The notes under the pieces were generated by a model. That model had not been told where the DNA came from. It ran no database searches and worked only from the letters and a program-made list of their open reading frames with translations. A stretch of DNA of 62,898 nt, counting the filler, from Globobulimina sp. (lineage: Eukaryota): the NCBI GenBank assembly GCA_003354225.1. It is 42 parts of 42 records of this genome, joined end to end, with 100 filler letters (N's around TTAATTAATTAA, not from the genome) between each part and the next. Parts side by side here need not be neighbours in the genome. Positions count along the whole stretch, not along the records: positions 60,001 to 61,399 come from PIVH01017312.1; positions 61,500 to 62,898 come from PIVH01017313.1; 40 more parts are not named here. The stretch is one strand, 5' to 3'. This document shows, piece by piece, positions 60,609-62,898 of the stretch (the first letter of the stretch is position 1; every line of letters starts with the position of its first letter). The position numbers and the translations under genes were made by a program.

Positions 60609-60720
60609 AGGGGTTGTTCTTATATTGTGTCCACTACGCTCCTTCGAACTAGTCTATTGCAATTAAGGATACGTAGGTCCTACGTCCCAGTTTATATGGA
60701 GCAATATAAGAACAACCCCT
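60609..60720. mobile_element. MITE-like element with 19-bp perfect terminal inverted repeats
   Basis: AGGGGTTGTTCTTATATTG (60609-60627) and CAATATAAGAACAACCCCT (60702-60720). Confidence 0.65.
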
Positions 60721-60866
60721 TCCACGCATTAGAGAGGAAATTGAAACCGTTCAAACAAAAAAAATAAAATAATTAATAAACCTATAGTATATATATTACA
60801 ATCGGAGACAAATATTACAAAACACGATAAAAAACACAGTAAAACACAAATAAACCCAAAATCCAT

Positions 60867-61399
60867 TTAATCTAAAAAAGTGTTGACTTCTAGCAATACT
60901 GTTGAATTTGCTGCATTTAATACATTATCAATCTTTTGAGGAAAAGGTGTGTCTGAATAAGCAGGCACCGCATCCAATACATTATCAATTTGAGGATAGG
61001 ACACATCCATAGCTTTTCTCCCAACATATCCATCCAAATTTGAACAACAACATTTCCAAAATCTTAGCCGACAATGCCCTAAAAAACAGCAAAAACAACA
61101 AAGCCAACTAATAATACAACTAAAACGACCTTCATCTATGAAATAATCACAACAGCAATAATTACGGCAATCAGCAATTTCTTTCTTTTTTTTCGGGGTA
61201 AATTCGTCCTGCAATGTCACTGCATTCTTTTTATTATTAAAATATCCAAATTTAATATCACCATCATCTCCATTCGAATTATCATCTCCTTTTCCCGCAG
61301 TCACAGAGAATAGTTTGCGTAGATCCTTTTCATCAATATTTTCTGTATTAAAAGCATTGGTTATCATTAAAATCGATCCACCATTACCTCCTCTTCCCC
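60867..61399 (-). CDS. Hypothetical protein C-terminus with Cys clusters
   Basis: CCC/CCFCC clusters in an open frame from the contig edge. Confidence 0.45.
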
Positions 61400-61499
61400 N
61401 NNNNNNNNNNNNNNNNNNNNNNNNNNNNNNNNNNNNNNNNNNNTTAATTAATTAANNNNNNNNNNNNNNNNNNNNNNNNNNNNNNNNNNNNNNNNNNNN

Positions 61500-62023
61500 A
61501 AATCAATCGCTGTTTGCAACAATTTGAAAGCCTCACTCAAGTCTTGCAATTCTATGTTTTTTACCTTAATGGTCGCATTCAATGCATCTATTTCGTCCTT
61601 ATGCTCTCTCTGCAACTGTTCATAAACATATCTCTTTCTACATTCTTGGCAATGCAAAACTTGTGTTTTCTTCAATTCTCGCTTCAATTCCAAGTAATCT
61701 TTCTTCAATTGTTTGTATTTACGTTTGTATTTATCCTTTTTTTTTACAGGTTCGAGTTGGACACTTTCATCCTCACTCATTTCCTGTGTATTCTTTTCGT
61801 CCTCATTTGCTGACTCATCATCATCCTCATCATCGCCATCAATCCCATTACTCAGTGAGTCCAACATTGGGCAGTCATCATTCTCATCATCGCTGGGAAT
61901 TGGTTTAGAATGATGAGCTAAGTACACATGGTATAAATCTATTTGTTTATCGAGATCGTCAGGGACTGCAATGTTTCTCTGTGTTGCCATCTCTTTAACG
62001 TTTTTTTGGAACTCTCTGTACAT
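61500..62023 (-). CDS. Acidic/coiled-coil hypothetical protein, 3'-partial
   Basis: Open frame with D/E tract and heptads. Confidence 0.45.
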
Positions 62024-62898
62024 ACAAATATTGAATTATATTATATATTAATTATATAAAAACATATATCTGTTACCTTATCCATTCGTTCATTTCATTC
62101 AATCGATGTGTGTGCTCACCACGTATTTCGGGAAGTTTTGTGATAAGTTCCCGATTTTCCCACATTCTGCAATATTTTCTGAGCTGTCCGTATGAACACT
62201 GTGGCAATAAATGTGGTGGCAAGTGTTTTTGTACAATATATGGCAACCATTGTGTGATTAGTTCATGTGATTTAATATTTGCTTTATTTGCTTTCCAAAT
62301 CTTTGTTAGCTGAAACAGCGTATTACCGGTTGTTAGCCAACGAATCAATGTTAGATTGGTCCAATTGTTATATTCTGGTAATAGAACATCAACGCAATGC
62401 TGAATATGTTCTGATACCTTTGATGACCAATAATGAATTTGTTGTGGGATGGTTTTGGACAACGCCTGGTCTATGATTGGGTTTATATAATTCTTAACAT
62501 GATTGATAACATCATGTAAGTGTGGTATGTATTGTGGAGAGCCAGGTTGCGTAGTTGTCACCGACATGGTGTTTAGTTGAAAGTTGAAACATGAAAAAAT
62601 GTAGAAAAATGGTAACAGAATTTGCGGAGAAACAAAACGTTTTACCACTTGTCTTTTGTGTATACCAGTGTACAAGCAGTGGTTTGCAATTTTAAAGTTA
62701 ACACCTTATATTGTACACATTAACTTATAATAATTATAATAATTGAAACACAATAAAAAGTTGTGCGGTTGGCTGTACAATGACGTGATGTGATATCACA
62801 TGCATGCATGGCCTGCCTACAACAAAAAAAAATCCAGAAAATCCAGAAAAACCCTGAAAAACATAAACATACATATAACATAAATATACATAAACATA

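Noticed and set aside
1402-61499. Regularly spaced TTAATTAATTAA with unique ~1.4-kb intervals, resembling an array or nanochromosome set
   Set aside because: Embedded in N runs, and intervals fall monotonically 1401, 1400, 1399 bp: a concatenation linker, not biology
1-62898. A multi-gene system or cluster spanning neighbouring contigs
   Set aside because: Contig order reflects length sorting only; adjacency across spacers has no meaning

Overview
This window is not a real locus. It is 42 unrelated short contigs sorted by length (12 of 1401 bp, 16 of 1400 bp, 14 of 1399 bp), joined by 41 artificial 100-bp spacers (44 N + TTAATTAATTAA + 44 N). Nothing can be inferred from adjacency across spacers. 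Most contigs are AT-rich eukaryotic DNA with short GT-AG introns. The protein repertoire (HLD-type kinases, CDPK-like kinases, SPRY/Kelch proteins with a recurrent LLxxGYxR...IP..I...FY motif, PPR, 7TM) suggests a foraminiferan or related rhizarian; this assignment is inference. A few contigs look metazoan (BEL/Pao element, C2H2/Polinton-like ORF). Four contigs carry bacterial fragments (ftsX, lhr, dmpE/mhpD, an acidic secreted-type protein) abruptly joined to eukaryotic sequence, most likely amplification or assembly chimeras. Recognisable genes include MCU, a CPA1 Na+/H+ exchanger, monoamine oxidase, MTHFR, Trm3/TARBP1, PCD, GT61, a GT77-sulfotransferase fusion and several transporters. The best leads are a complete secreted peptidoglycan-binding plus L,D-transpeptidase-fold gene in eukaryote-like DNA, a PLS-like PPR protein, a strongly divergent non-LTR reverse transcriptase, a 33-bp hairpin motif and a 22-bp upstream motif each shared by two unrelated contigs, and a small MITE-like element. 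All family calls come from motif recognition by eye; no database search was run.
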